The position numbers and the translations under genes are program-made. Below the pieces are notes generated by a model. It saw nothing but the letters and a program-made list of their open reading frames with translations, ran no database searches and had not been told where the DNA came from. From the NCBI GenBank assembly GCA_964653555.1, contig CAZZFT010000005.1, forward strand, positions 12,729 through 76,728: a DNA stretch of 64,000 nt, in the 5' to 3' direction. The stretch is from an uncultured Spirochaetales bacterium (GTDB lineage: Bacteria; Myxococcota_A; UBA9160; SMWR01). This document shows, piece by piece, positions 27,226-37,896 of this stretch; position 1 is the stretch's first letter; each line of letters starts with the position of its first letter.

Positions 27226-28171
27226 TGCGCCGACCCGCGTCGTGGCCCTCGCCGGAGGCGTGGGGGCGGCGCGCTTCCTGACCGGGCTGGTGCGCGCGAC
27301 CGCGCCCGAGGACATCTCGGTCGTGGTCAATACCGGCGACGACATGCGCTTCTACGGCGTCCACGTCTCGCCCGACGTGGACATCGTGACCTACACACTG
27401 GCAGGCCGCGTCGACCGGACGCGCGGCTACGGGATCGAGGGCGACACGACGGCGTTGATCGACACCCTCGGCTCGCTCGGCCACGAGACCTGGTTCCGCC
27501 TCGGCGACCGCGACTTCGCCTTCTGCCACCACCGCACCCTGCGCCTCGCCGCCGGGGTGGGGCTGGCCGAGGCCACCGACGAGCTGCGCCGCGCCCTCGG
27601 CGTCGCGTCGCGGATCCTGGTCATGTCCGAGGACCCCTGCCCGACGCGGGTCGTGCTGGGCGGGGGACGCGTCGTGCACTTCGAGGAGTACCTGGCCCGG
27701 GACGGGGCGCCCGACGACGTGGCCGACGTCGTCCTGTCCGCCGCCGCGCGCGCGCGCCCAGGGCCGGGCGTGCTGGAGGCGATCGCCGCCGCCGAGGTCG
27801 TGCTCGTGTGCCCGAGCAATCCGCTCGTGTCGATCGGACCGATCCTGGCGCTGCCCGGCGTTCGGGAGGCGCTACACGCCGCGCGCGCGCCGGTCGTCGC
27901 GATCTCTCCGATCATCGGCGGGGCGCCGGTGAAGGGCCCGGCCGACCGTCTGCTGCGTGGGTTGGGGCACGAGGTGTCGGCGCGCGGAGTGGCCGCGCTC
28001 TACGGCGACCTGCTCGACGGGTACGTGCTCGACACCCGCGACGCGGCTCAGCAGTCCTCGATCGAGGCACGCGGCCTGCGCACCCGGGTCGTCGACACCT
28101 TGATGCGCAGCCCGGAGGTCGCGGCCGAGCTCGCGCGTCAGGCGCTCGATCTGGCGAGCTCGCTGCGATGA
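27215..28171 (+). CDS. cofD: 2-phospho-L-lactate (LPPG:FO) transferase CofD/FbiA
   Basis: The product reads VVALAGGVGAARFLTGL...VVVNTGDD...GVHVSPDVDIVTYTLAG...GDRD...LVCPSNPLVSIGPIL. These are CofD-family hallmarks. Confidence 0.9.
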   Translation: MPPDAPTRVVALAGGVGAARFLTGLVRATAPEDISVVVNTGDDMRFYGVHVSPDVDIVTYTLAGRVDRTRGYGIEGDTTALIDTLGSLGHETWFRLGDRDFAFCHHRTLRLAAGVGLAEATDELRRALGVASRILVMSEDPCPTRVVLGGGRVVHFEEYLARDGAPDDVADVVLSAAARARPGPGVLEAIAAAEVVLVCPSNPLVSIGPILALPGVREALHAARAPVVAISPIIGGAPVKGPADRLLRGLGHEVSARGVAALYGDLLDGYVLDTRDAAQQSSIEARGLRTRVVDTLMRSPEVAAELARQALDLASSLR

Positions 28172-28797
28172 CCGTCGCGATCGTCCCCGTGAAGGCGCTC
28201 GCGGCGTCGAAGTCGCGGCTGCTGCCGGATCGCCCGCGCAGCGACGTCGAGGCGCTCTCCCTGGCGATGATGGGCGACGTGATCGCGTGTCTGCTCGCGG
28301 TACCCGGCATCGTGCGGGTGTGGGTCGTGACTCCCGACGGCGCCGTCGCCGAACGGGCCCGCGAGCAGGGGGCCCGTGTGCTGCTCCGCCCCGATCCCGG
28401 GCTCAACGCAGCGGTCGAGGCCGCCAGCGCCGAAGCGGCGCACCCCGGCGAGGGCGTGCTCGTGGTGCTCGGCGACGTCGCCGCCGCCGATCCGGGCGAG
28501 ATCGCGCGGCTGCTCGAAGAGGGGCCGGAGCGCGGGATCGCGCTGGCGCCCTCGAGCGACGGAGGAACCTCGGCGCTGCTGCGCCGCCCCGCCGACGTGA
28601 TCCCCGCCCGCTTCGGCCGCGACAGCGCGAAGCGCCACCGCGACGCGGCGGCCCAGGCGGGTGTCACGTGCGTGGAGATCGCCCTCCCGTCCCTGGCGAT
28701 CGACGTCGATCTCGCCGAAGACGCCCGCGCGATCCTTCCGAAGAGCACCCTCGGACCGCGCACCCGCGCGCTGCTCGAAGCCTGGGCCGACGGGTGA
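28168..28797 (+). CDS. cofC: CofC/FbiD guanylyltransferase (F420 biosynthesis)
   Basis: The product reads MTVAIVPVKALAASKSRL...LGDVAAADPGEI...PSSDGGTSAL. There is an ATGA overlap with cofD. Confidence 0.85.
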   Translation: MTVAIVPVKALAASKSRLLPDRPRSDVEALSLAMMGDVIACLLAVPGIVRVWVVTPDGAVAERAREQGARVLLRPDPGLNAAVEAASAEAAHPGEGVLVVLGDVAAADPGEIARLLEEGPERGIALAPSSDGGTSALLRRPADVIPARFGRDSAKRHRDAAAQAGVTCVEIALPSLAIDVDLAEDARAILPKSTLGPRTRALLEAWADG

Positions 28798-29537
28798 CGC
28801 GCCTCGAGCTGGTGGCGATCACCAGTGTTCCCGCCGTTCGACCCGGCGACGACCTGGCGAGCCTCCTCGGGGACGCAGCGGCCGCCCAGGGAATCGACCT
28901 CCACGACGGTGTCCTGGTCGTGTGTCAGAAGATCGTCTCGAAGGCCGAGGGACGGCTCGTGGCCCTCGCGGAGGTCGAGCCCTCGCAGGAGGCGCGGCGG
29001 ATCGCCGCCGAGGACGACAAGGATCCGCGGCACGTCGAGCTGGTGCTGCGCGAGAGCGTGCGCATCGTGCGCCGGGGACACCGCGCGCTGATCTGCGAGA
29101 CGCGACACGGCTTCGTGTGCGCGAACGCCGGTGTCGATCTCTCGAACGCCTCCGCCGACACCGCGGTCCTGCTCCCGATCGACCCCGACGCCTCGGCTGG
29201 CGCCCTGCGCGACGCGCTGGAGCGACGCGGCGCCGGACCGCTCGGCGTCGTGGTGAGCGACACCTTCGGCCGCCCGTGGCGCGAGGGGCTGGTCGACGTC
29301 GCCCTCGGCTGCGCGGGGATCGCTCCGATCGAGGACCTGCGCGGCGGCGTGGACTGGGTAGGACGACCCCTGGAGGTCACCGCCACCGCCACGGTCGATC
29401 AGCTCGCCGCCGCCGCGGGCCTGCTGATGCGCAAGGACGCCGGCATCCCCGCCGTCTGGGTCCGCGGCGTGACACCCGTCGGCGACGGGAGCGTGCGCGC
29501 GATGCTGCGTGATCCGGCGACGGACTTGTTTCGCTGA
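28794..29537 (+). CDS. cofE: Coenzyme F420-0:L-glutamate ligase CofE (stand-alone, no nitroreductase-like C-terminal domain)
   Basis: The product reads LELVAITSVPAVRPGDDLASLL...VLVVCQKIVSKAEGR...CANAGVDLSN...VVSDTFGRPWREG. There is a GTGA overlap with cofC. It is only 247 aa. Confidence 0.9.
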   Translation: MTRLELVAITSVPAVRPGDDLASLLGDAAAAQGIDLHDGVLVVCQKIVSKAEGRLVALAEVEPSQEARRIAAEDDKDPRHVELVLRESVRIVRRGHRALICETRHGFVCANAGVDLSNASADTAVLLPIDPDASAGALRDALERRGAGPLGVVVSDTFGRPWREGLVDVALGCAGIAPIEDLRGGVDWVGRPLEVTATATVDQLAAAAGLLMRKDAGIPAVWVRGVTPVGDGSVRAMLRDPATDLFR

Positions 29538-29561
29538 GAGCGGGCGCGCCCGCGAGCGCGC

Positions 29562-30062
29562 TCACCAGCAGGGTGCGTCCTCGGTCTCGACGCGCCAGAA
29601 GTCGCTGTCGTAGCGGAACGAGCCGCTCCAGCAGGCGTCCGAATCCCCATCGACGTCCCCCGCGGTCTCGGTGTCGTCGAGGACCCAGACCACGAGCTGG
29701 CAGATCGTCGCGCCGTAGGAGCGGGCGACCGGGATCAGCTCGGAGGCCAGCTCCCTCGGCCGCGGAATCACGCTCCGGCTCGGGAGCTTCGACAGGGGGA
29801 TCTCCAGCAGCGCGCTGCAGCTCGCGTCGTCGCCGCTGCCGTCGATCCGGACCTCGAGGTCCGCGTCGATCGAGCTGCGGCCCGTGTCGACGACCGCCGT
29901 CGGGGGAAGGGAGACGAACCCACACGCGCGGCCCTCGGAGCTGGCGAAGGCGAGGAAGCAGGAGGCGAAGGCGGTCGCGGAAGCGGTCGAGTTCACGTTC
30001 ACGTGGCTGGCCCCCGCTGCCCGCGGCGAGCGATCCGCCCCGGGCGGCGCAGCGGCCCGCAT
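29562..30062 (-). CDS. Hypothetical Cys-rich protein (166 aa)
   Basis: This is the full track ORF. GC3 is high in this frame, there are 7 Cys, and the C-terminal half is acidic (DDTETAGDVDGDSDACW). No family is recognised. Competing ORFs on this stretch are Arg/Pro-rich artefacts. Confidence 0.5.
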   Translation of the reverse strand: MRAAAPPGADRSPRAAGASHVNVNSTASATAFASCFLAFASSEGRACGFVSLPPTAVVDTGRSSIDADLEVRIDGSGDDASCSALLEIPLSKLPSRSVIPRPRELASELIPVARSYGATICQLVVWVLDDTETAGDVDGDSDACWSGSFRYDSDFWRVETEDAPCW

Positions 30063-30133
30063 CCATCCCGTCGTGCCTAGACGCCGCTCGGCCGACCGGG
30101 GTTCCTCCCGATGCTAGGCGGGACGCTGTCGGC

Positions 30134-30757
30134 CTAGGCGGGCGGGTCGGCGACCGCGGCCTCGATCGACGCCCACAGCTCGCGCAGGCCGGTGCCGCTC
30201 GCGGCCGACGTGGCGAGCACGACGGCGCCGGGCAGCGCCGAGTCGGCCGACAGCGCGCGAACCCGCTCGGCGCGGCGCATCGGCTTGAGCTTGTCGCACT
30301 TGGTGAGGGCGACGAGAGCGGGGACGCCGCGTTCGGCGAGCCAGCCCAGGAGCAGGGTCTCGTCCTCCCCGGGGTCGCGCCGCAGGTCCTGGAGCAGCAC
30401 CGCCAGGCGCAGCGTGGGGCGATCGGCGAGGTAGCTCTCGATCCAGCGCTTCCAGTCCTCGCGCTCGCGCTTCGCCACCTTCGCGTAGCCGTAGCCGGGC
30501 AGGTCGACCAGCCATAGCTCGCGGCCGCCGCGCACGACGCGGAACCAGTTCAACAGGCGCGTCTTGCCCGGGGTCGAAGAGATGCGCGCGAGGGATCGGC
30601 GCCCGACCAGAGCGTTCAGCAGGCTCGACTTGCCGACGTTGGAGCGGCCGAGGAAAGCGATCTCCGGGGCGCCCGGCCGCGGAAACCCCGAGGCGTCCGC
30701 GGCACTCGTGAGCAGCTCGGCCGAGGACACGCGCGGGTCGAAGCCGCGAGCCCTCAC
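30134..30757 (-). CDS. engB: Ribosome-biogenesis GTPase EngB/YihA/YsxC
   Basis: G motifs are FLGRSNVGKSSLLN (G1), TPGKT (G2), DLPGYG (G3) and TKCDK (G4). There is a GTGA overlap with the aminotransferase gene. Confidence 0.9.
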   Translation of the reverse strand: MRARGFDPRVSSAELLTSAADASGFPRPGAPEIAFLGRSNVGKSSLLNALVGRRSLARISSTPGKTRLLNWFRVVRGGRELWLVDLPGYGYAKVAKREREDWKRWIESYLADRPTLRLAVLLQDLRRDPGEDETLLLGWLAERGVPALVALTKCDKLKPMRRAERVRALSADSALPGAVVLATSAASGTGLRELWASIEAAVADPPA

Positions 30758-31908
30758 CGCCGCGCCGGCAGCGCGTCGGCCAGCCGCGCGAGCGCCTCCT
30801 CGATCGTCGCATCGGAGGCGGCATAGGAGAAGCGCAGCCAGCCCTCCCCCGCGGCGCCGAAGTCCACCCCGGGCGTGGTGCCGACCTGGGCGCGCTCGAG
30901 CAGGTCGAAGGCCAGCGCGCGCGAGTCGCTCGCGAAGGCACGGGCGTCAGCGAACACGTAGAAGGCGCCCGCCGGGGTCTGGGGGACGGCGAATCCGAGC
31001 TCGCGCAGGCCCGCCACCATCCGGTCGCGCCGGCGCGCGTAGGCCTCGCGCATCGCCACCACCGCCGCCTCACCCTTCTCGAGCGCCGCAATCCCCGCTC
31101 GCTGCACGAAGCGGTTCGCCGAGATGAACAGGTTCTGCTGCAGGATCTGCAGTGGGCGCACCCGCTCGCGGGGCGCCACCAGCCAGCCGAGTCGGAAACC
31201 GGTCATCGCGTAGCGCTTCGAGAAGCCGTCCAGCACGTAGCACTCGGCGTCGAGCTCGAGCGCCGACACGACGCGCGCGCCGTCGTAGACCAGGCCGTCG
31301 TAGATCTCGTCGGAGACGATCGGAACCCCGAGCTCCGCGAGCGCGCGCAGCGTCTCGCGGCTCTGCACCGCGCCGGTCGGATTGGCGGGGGACGCCACGA
31401 CGATCGCGCGCGTGCGCGGCGTCAGCGCGGCGCGCACCGCGTCGACGTCCAGCGGGTAGCCGTGACCCGGGTCGCTCGGGACGAACACGGGGACCCCGCC
31501 GCAGGCGTGGACGAAGCTCGGGTAGCAGGGGTAGTGAGGTGTGGCGATGACCACCTCGTCGCCCGGATCGACCAGGAGCAGGAAGGTGAGCAGCATCGCC
31601 GGGGAGGTGCCGCTGGTGACGATCACGCGCTCCGGGTCCACCGCGACGCCGAAGCGCCGGCCCAGATCGACGCCGATCGCCTCGCGCAGCTCGACCAGAC
31701 CGCGGCTGTCGGTGTAGCGCGTCTCGCCCCCGCGCAGCGCCGCGGCGCAGGCCTCGACCACGGCGGGGGGGGGCGGGAAGTCGGGCTCGCCGATCTCCAG
31801 GTGCAGGACCGGTGTGCCGGCGCGCTCCATCGCGAAGGCGCGCTCCATCACCTCCATCGCCAGGAACGGCTGCACCCGGGCGACGCGGGCGGCGAGCTTC
31901 GCGGGCAT
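30754..31908 (-). CDS. Class I/II pyridoxal-phosphate aminotransferase (aspartate/aromatic type)
   Basis: Motifs are Y-x-x-x-G, SPANPTG, DEIYDGLVYDG, GFSKRYAMTGFRLGW (PLP Lys) and RFSY. Confidence 0.9.
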   Translation of the reverse strand: MPAKLAARVARVQPFLAMEVMERAFAMERAGTPVLHLEIGEPDFPPPPAVVEACAAALRGGETRYTDSRGLVELREAIGVDLGRRFGVAVDPERVIVTSGTSPAMLLTFLLLVDPGDEVVIATPHYPCYPSFVHACGGVPVFVPSDPGHGYPLDVDAVRAALTPRTRAIVVASPANPTGAVQSRETLRALAELGVPIVSDEIYDGLVYDGARVVSALELDAECYVLDGFSKRYAMTGFRLGWLVAPRERVRPLQILQQNLFISANRFVQRAGIAALEKGEAAVVAMREAYARRRDRMVAGLRELGFAVPQTPAGAFYVFADARAFASDSRALAFDLLERAQVGTTPGVDFGAAGEGWLRFSYAASDATIEEALARLADALPARR

Positions 31909-32032
31909 GCCTCCGGGTAGCCGTGCGGGGCCGGGGTGTCAACCGAAGCCCGTTCGCAAGTGCTCGATTTTCATGGCATAAAACGATCGGTCGCTTTGAC
32001 CGACGAGAACCCATCGGATACTCTCCGCGGCC

Positions 32033-32512
32033 ATGTCGAAGGGGTTCCAGATCGCCGGCGGAGCCACGCTGATCGCGCTCCTGCTCGGTTGGTACGCGGC
32101 GAGCAACCTCCAGGAAGGGGCCTCCTTCACCTACTACAAGACGCTCGGCGAATTCGCGGCCTCACCCGAGGCCCAGAGCGGAATCCCCGCGCGCGTCCAC
32201 GGCTACGTCGTTCCCGAGTCGATCCAGCGCGACGTCGAGGGCCAGCGCGTGACCTTCGCCGTCCAGGCGACACCGCCCCACGCGGGCGGTCCCAGCGACG
32301 TGACGATGCCCGTCGTGTTCGCCAGCCTGGAGACTCCGGATATGTTCAAGGGCGGAGCTGAAGTCGTTCTCGAGGGACGCCTGGCGCGCGACGGCGCGAC
32401 GTCCCACTTCGCAGCGGACAAGCTCCTGGCGAAGTGTCCGTCGAAGTTCGAAGGGGTCGAGGGCGCGACGGCAGCGGGCGGGACCGCGCGCCCGCCCTCT
32501 ACGAAGGGCTAG
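32033..32512 (+). CDS. ccmE: Cytochrome c maturation haem chaperone CcmE, Cys-type variant
   Basis: An N-terminal TM anchor and OB-fold body (ARVHGYVVPESIQRD...VTF...VVLEGRL) end in LLAKCPSKFE where canonical CcmE has LAKHDENY. It lies immediately upstream of ccmF. Confidence 0.88.
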   Translation: MSKGFQIAGGATLIALLLGWYAASNLQEGASFTYYKTLGEFAASPEAQSGIPARVHGYVVPESIQRDVEGQRVTFAVQATPPHAGGPSDVTMPVVFASLETPDMFKGGAEVVLEGRLARDGATSHFAADKLLAKCPSKFEGVEGATAAGGTARPPSTKG

Positions 32513-32538
32513 TCGGGAGATTCGGCCCGAGGAGCGGC

Positions 32539-34491
<1,953 letters not shown>

Positions 34492-34507
34492 GGAGCGCGG
34501 AGCGACG

Positions 34508-36451
34508 ATGAAGCGAGCGCCGCGCCCGGCGCCGCGGGCGCTCGCCATGGCCATCGCCGTCGCGGCGCTGCTCGCAGCGACTGCGATCGGGGCCCAGGAG
34601 GAGCGCAGCGCCGACGTCCCGTCGGGCCCGGCGGCGGTCGTGGGACACCTCGTTCACGCGACGCGCCCCGAGGCGACGGCCAACGTCGACGTGCTGCTCT
34701 ACGCGCTCTCCGCCGACGGCAACGCCGGTCTGCGCCAGACGACGAGCGACGCCGAGGGCCGCTTCCGCTTCCAGGGGGTCTCCAACGAGCCCGGCGTCGT
34801 GTACCTGATCGGCGCGCGCGAAGGGGGGGTCCCCTTCGGCGCCCGCTTCGCCTTCGCGCCCGGAGAGCTGGAGCACAGCGTCGAGCTGGAGATCTCGGAC
34901 GCGGTCAGCGACACCGGGGTCGCGGAAGCCGGCGATGTGGAGATCCGCATCGAGCGCGGATGCACCCATCTCCACTTCCAGCACTCCCACGCCCTGCGCA
35001 ACCCCAGCTCCGAGGTCCTGTTCGTGCCCGCCGCCGAGCGCGCGAAAGCGGCGCCGATCTTCGAGGTCGAGCTGCCCGAGGCGGCGGAGGGCTTCGAGTC
35101 GCTCGCGGGCAGCGAGGGCCTGGTCCTCGAGGGGCGCCGGCTCCGTTTCTGGGGCCCGCTCTACCCGGGCTCACAGACCATCGAGTTCGGCTACGGCCTG
35201 CCGATCGACAGCACGTCCGCGCGGATCGGGCTGCCCGACGGCGCCCCGGCGCTGCTCGTGCTCGCTCCGCGCGAGGTGCTCTCGGTGACCTCCGACGTCC
35301 TGTCGTCCGCTCCGGACGTGACCGAGGACGGCCGGGTGCTCGGAGCCCAGCGCTCCGGGGCCTTCGCACCGGGCCCGCTCGAGCTCGCGATCCACACGGA
35401 GCCGGGGGCAGTGGCCGAGGCGAGCGCGCCGGTGCGCACGCAGCGAGCCGAGCTGTGGCTCGAGCTCGACGATGCGGCCCTCGAGGTGAACGAGCGGGTG
35501 GTGCTCGACGTGGAGGGCAACGGCGAGCCGCTGGTGTCGTCCGGCGCGCCGCTCCTGTGCCTGCCGCTGCCGGCGGGCGCCGGCTCGCTGCGCTTTTCCC
35601 CGGAGACGCTCGAGGCCGGGCTGCGCAGGGATCCCTCGGGCGATCTCGCCATCCAGGGACCGCTGCCCCGCGGGCCCTCGGAGCTGGCGTTGAGCTACCG
35701 ACTGCCCGCCACCGGCTCCGGCGCGCGGCTGCTGCAGCGCTTCGACCGCGAGCTCCCGCTGCTCTCGGTCCTGGTCGCCGACAACGGCGTGATCGCCGAG
35801 ACGGATCGGTTGCACCGCAGGCGACCCGTCCGGATGGACGAACGCACCTACCAGCATCTCGAGGCGTTCGCCGTGGAGCCCCTCGAGACGGTCGCGATCT
35901 CCCTGCTGCGCACGGCGCCGCGCGGCGAGGAGGGACGCTGGGCTTCGGCCGGCTTCGCGGTGTTCGCCGGGCTCGCCGCGCTGCTCTTCCTGACTGCACC
36001 GCTGCGCGGAGGGGCGGCAGCGAGACGAGAGGAGCGGGAGCCCGACGGTGCATCCCTGGAGCGCGCTGCGATCGTTCGCTCGCTCCAGGATCTCGACGAG
36101 GACCTGGAGACCGGAAAGCTCACGCCCGAGGACCACGCGGCGATGCGCAGCGAGCTGCGCTCGCGCGCGGCGGCGGTCCTGTTCGCGCCCTCTCCCGCCC
36201 CGCCCGCGCCCGTCACTCCCGCCGCGGATTCCGGCGCTCCGGCGCGGGTCGAAGCCGTCGGGACGAGCCGGTCCACGGACGCGGTCGCCCTCTGCGGGCA
36301 GTGCGGCGCGCAGCCCGAGGCGGAGCACCGCTTCTGCACCCGCTGCGGCGCGGCACTGGTGTGCACCGCGTGCGGCGCGCGGTTCCGCCCGAACGACGCC
36401 TTCTGCTCCCAGTGCGGCGAGAAGCTCGCCTCGGGGGCCGACGGAGCGTGA
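34508..36451 (+). CDS. Uncharacterised 647-aa membrane protein: signal peptide, large periplasmic region, one TM, CcmI-like cytoplasmic helix, double zinc ribbon
   Basis: This is the full track ORF. It begins MKRAPRPAPRALAMAIAVAALLAATAIGA, then has a CarboxypepD_reg-like stretch (DAEGRFRFQGV...VYLI) and a TM (WASAGFAVFAGLAALLFLTAPL). These are followed by LERAAIVRSLQDLDEDLETGKLTPEDHAAMRSELRSRAAAVL and the zinc-ribbon pairs CGQCG...CTRCG and CTACG...CSQCG. It starts 16 nt after ccmF and its stop overlaps the ccmA start. Confidence 0.75.
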   Translation: MKRAPRPAPRALAMAIAVAALLAATAIGAQEERSADVPSGPAAVVGHLVHATRPEATANVDVLLYALSADGNAGLRQTTSDAEGRFRFQGVSNEPGVVYLIGAREGGVPFGARFAFAPGELEHSVELEISDAVSDTGVAEAGDVEIRIERGCTHLHFQHSHALRNPSSEVLFVPAAERAKAAPIFEVELPEAAEGFESLAGSEGLVLEGRRLRFWGPLYPGSQTIEFGYGLPIDSTSARIGLPDGAPALLVLAPREVLSVTSDVLSSAPDVTEDGRVLGAQRSGAFAPGPLELAIHTEPGAVAEASAPVRTQRAELWLELDDAALEVNERVVLDVEGNGEPLVSSGAPLLCLPLPAGAGSLRFSPETLEAGLRRDPSGDLAIQGPLPRGPSELALSYRLPATGSGARLLQRFDRELPLLSVLVADNGVIAETDRLHRRRPVRMDERTYQHLEAFAVEPLETVAISLLRTAPRGEEGRWASAGFAVFAGLAALLFLTAPLRGGAAARREEREPDGASLERAAIVRSLQDLDEDLETGKLTPEDHAAMRSELRSRAAAVLFAPSPAPPAPVTPAADSGAPARVEAVGTSRSTDAVALCGQCGAQPEAEHRFCTRCGAALVCTACGARFRPNDAFCSQCGEKLASGADGA

Positions 36452-37164
36452 GCGGTGCGGCGATCGCTGCGCGCGGCGTCACCAAACGCTTCGGTCGCGC
36501 AGCGGCGCTGCGCGACCTCGAGCTCGAGGTCGCGCCCGGCACGAGCCTCGTCCTGCTGGGACCGAACGGGGCCGGCAAGTCCACGCTGCTGCGCCTGATC
36601 GCGGGGCTGTCCCGCCCGAGCGAGGGGAGTCTCGAGATCGACGGGCGCCCGGCCCACCACCGCGAGACGCGCGCGCGCCTGGGCTACGTCGGTCACGCCA
36701 CCCTGCTCTCGCCCAGCCTGACGGTCCGGGAGAACCTGATCTTCGCGGGGCGTCTCCAGGGCCTCCCGTCGCCTCGCTCGCGCGCCGACGAGCGGCTCGA
36801 GCGGGAGGGGATCGGCGCGCTGGCCGAGCGCCCCGCGGCGGAGCTCTCGCGCGGGCAGGCCCAGCGCGTCGCGATCGCGCGGGCCCTGATCCACGACCCC
36901 GCGCTGGTCCTGCTCGACGAGCCCTTCACCGGGCTCGACGGCGGCGCGGCGGAGCGGCTGGTCGAACGCCTCTCCGGGCTGCGCACAGGCGGCTGCACGA
37001 CGGTGCTGGCCACCCACGCGCTGGACTCGGCGCGCGCCCTCGCCGATCGGGCGCTGGTGCTGGCCTCCGGACGCTGCACCTGGAGCGGCCCGGTATCCGC
37101 CGACACGGCCGACCTGGAGGCGGCCCTGGCCGCCGCCCTGGGAAGCGCGGAGCGCGCTGCGTGA
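36448..37164 (+). CDS. ccmA: Haem exporter ATP-binding protein CcmA
   Basis: The start is a GTG (GTGA overlap at 36448-36451). Motifs are LLGPNGAGKSTLL, LSRGQAQRVAIARAL and LLDEPFTGLD. It is followed by ccmB. Confidence 0.85.
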   Translation: MSGAAIAARGVTKRFGRAAALRDLELEVAPGTSLVLLGPNGAGKSTLLRLIAGLSRPSEGSLEIDGRPAHHRETRARLGYVGHATLLSPSLTVRENLIFAGRLQGLPSPRSRADERLEREGIGALAERPAAELSRGQAQRVAIARALIHDPALVLLDEPFTGLDGGAAERLVERLSGLRTGGCTTVLATHALDSARALADRALVLASGRCTWSGPVSADTADLEAALAAALGSAERAA

Positions 37165-37826
37165 ACGTGTTCTGGGCGATTCTGTGGAAGGATCTGGTCA
37201 CCGAATGGCGCAGCCGCGACCGGGCGGTGGCAATGGCGCTGTTCGCGATGCTAGTCGTGGCGGTGTTCCAGTTCGCCCTCCCCGGTGGCACCGGCTCCGC
37301 CTCCCTCCCTCTGGCCCCAGCCCTGCTGTGGATCACCTACCTGTTCGCCGCGCTGCTCGGCCTGGGCCGCGCCTTCGCCCTCGAGCTCGAGAACGACGCC
37401 CTGTCGGCGCTCGCCCTCGCCCCCACCGACCGCGGCTGGGTGTTCCTCGGGAAGGCCGCCGCGAGCCTGGCGATCCTCGGCGTCGTCGAGGCCCTGATCG
37501 CGCTGGTGTTCGCCCTGTTCTTCGACGCCGACTGGTGGCCGGTCGCGCTGCCGCTCGCCGGCGTCGTGGCCCTCGGATCGCTGGGGGTGTGCAGCGCGGG
37601 CACGCTCTTCGGTGCGATCGCCGTCCGAACGCGCTTCCGCGAGGTGATGCTCCCCCTGCTGCTGCTCCCGCTGCTGATTCCCGTGATCTCGGGCGCCGTT
37701 CGCGCGACCGGGGGCCTGCTGGAGACCGGCACCGTGCCCTTCGAGCCGCTCCAGCTGCTGATCGTGGCCGATGCTGCCTATGTGATCCTGGGCTTCGTGA
37801 CCTTCGAGTACGTGCTCGACGAGTGA
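37161..37826 (+). CDS. ccmB: Haem exporter membrane protein CcmB
   Basis: The start is a GTG (GTGA overlap at 37161-37164). The product VNVFWAILWKDLVTEWRSRD...FALELENDALSAL has a 6-TM CcmB-type profile. Confidence 0.88.
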   Translation: MNVFWAILWKDLVTEWRSRDRAVAMALFAMLVVAVFQFALPGGTGSASLPLAPALLWITYLFAALLGLGRAFALELENDALSALALAPTDRGWVFLGKAAASLAILGVVEALIALVFALFFDADWWPVALPLAGVVALGSLGVCSAGTLFGAIAVRTRFREVMLPLLLLPLLIPVISGAVRATGGLLETGTVPFEPLQLLIVADAAYVILGFVTFEYVLDE

Positions 37827-37872
37827 TCCGCGCGGTCCTGCGTGGGACCCGGACAGTCGATTGCGCGGGATC
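37825..37872 (+). terminator. Compound GC-rich hairpin directly after the ccmB stop (possible operon terminator, no U-tract)
   Basis: GATCCGCGC (37825-37833) pairs with GCGCGGGATC (37863-37872, one bulged G). An inner stem GGTCC...GGACC is also present. Confidence 0.25.
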
Positions 37873-37896
37873 CGCGAGCGACTTGCAAGATGCCGG

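Noticed and set aside
31909-32032. A possible promoter TTGACC...GATACT upstream of ccmE.
   Set aside because: The spacer is only 15 nt by my count, which is outside the usual 16-18 nt range, so I did not report it as a feature.
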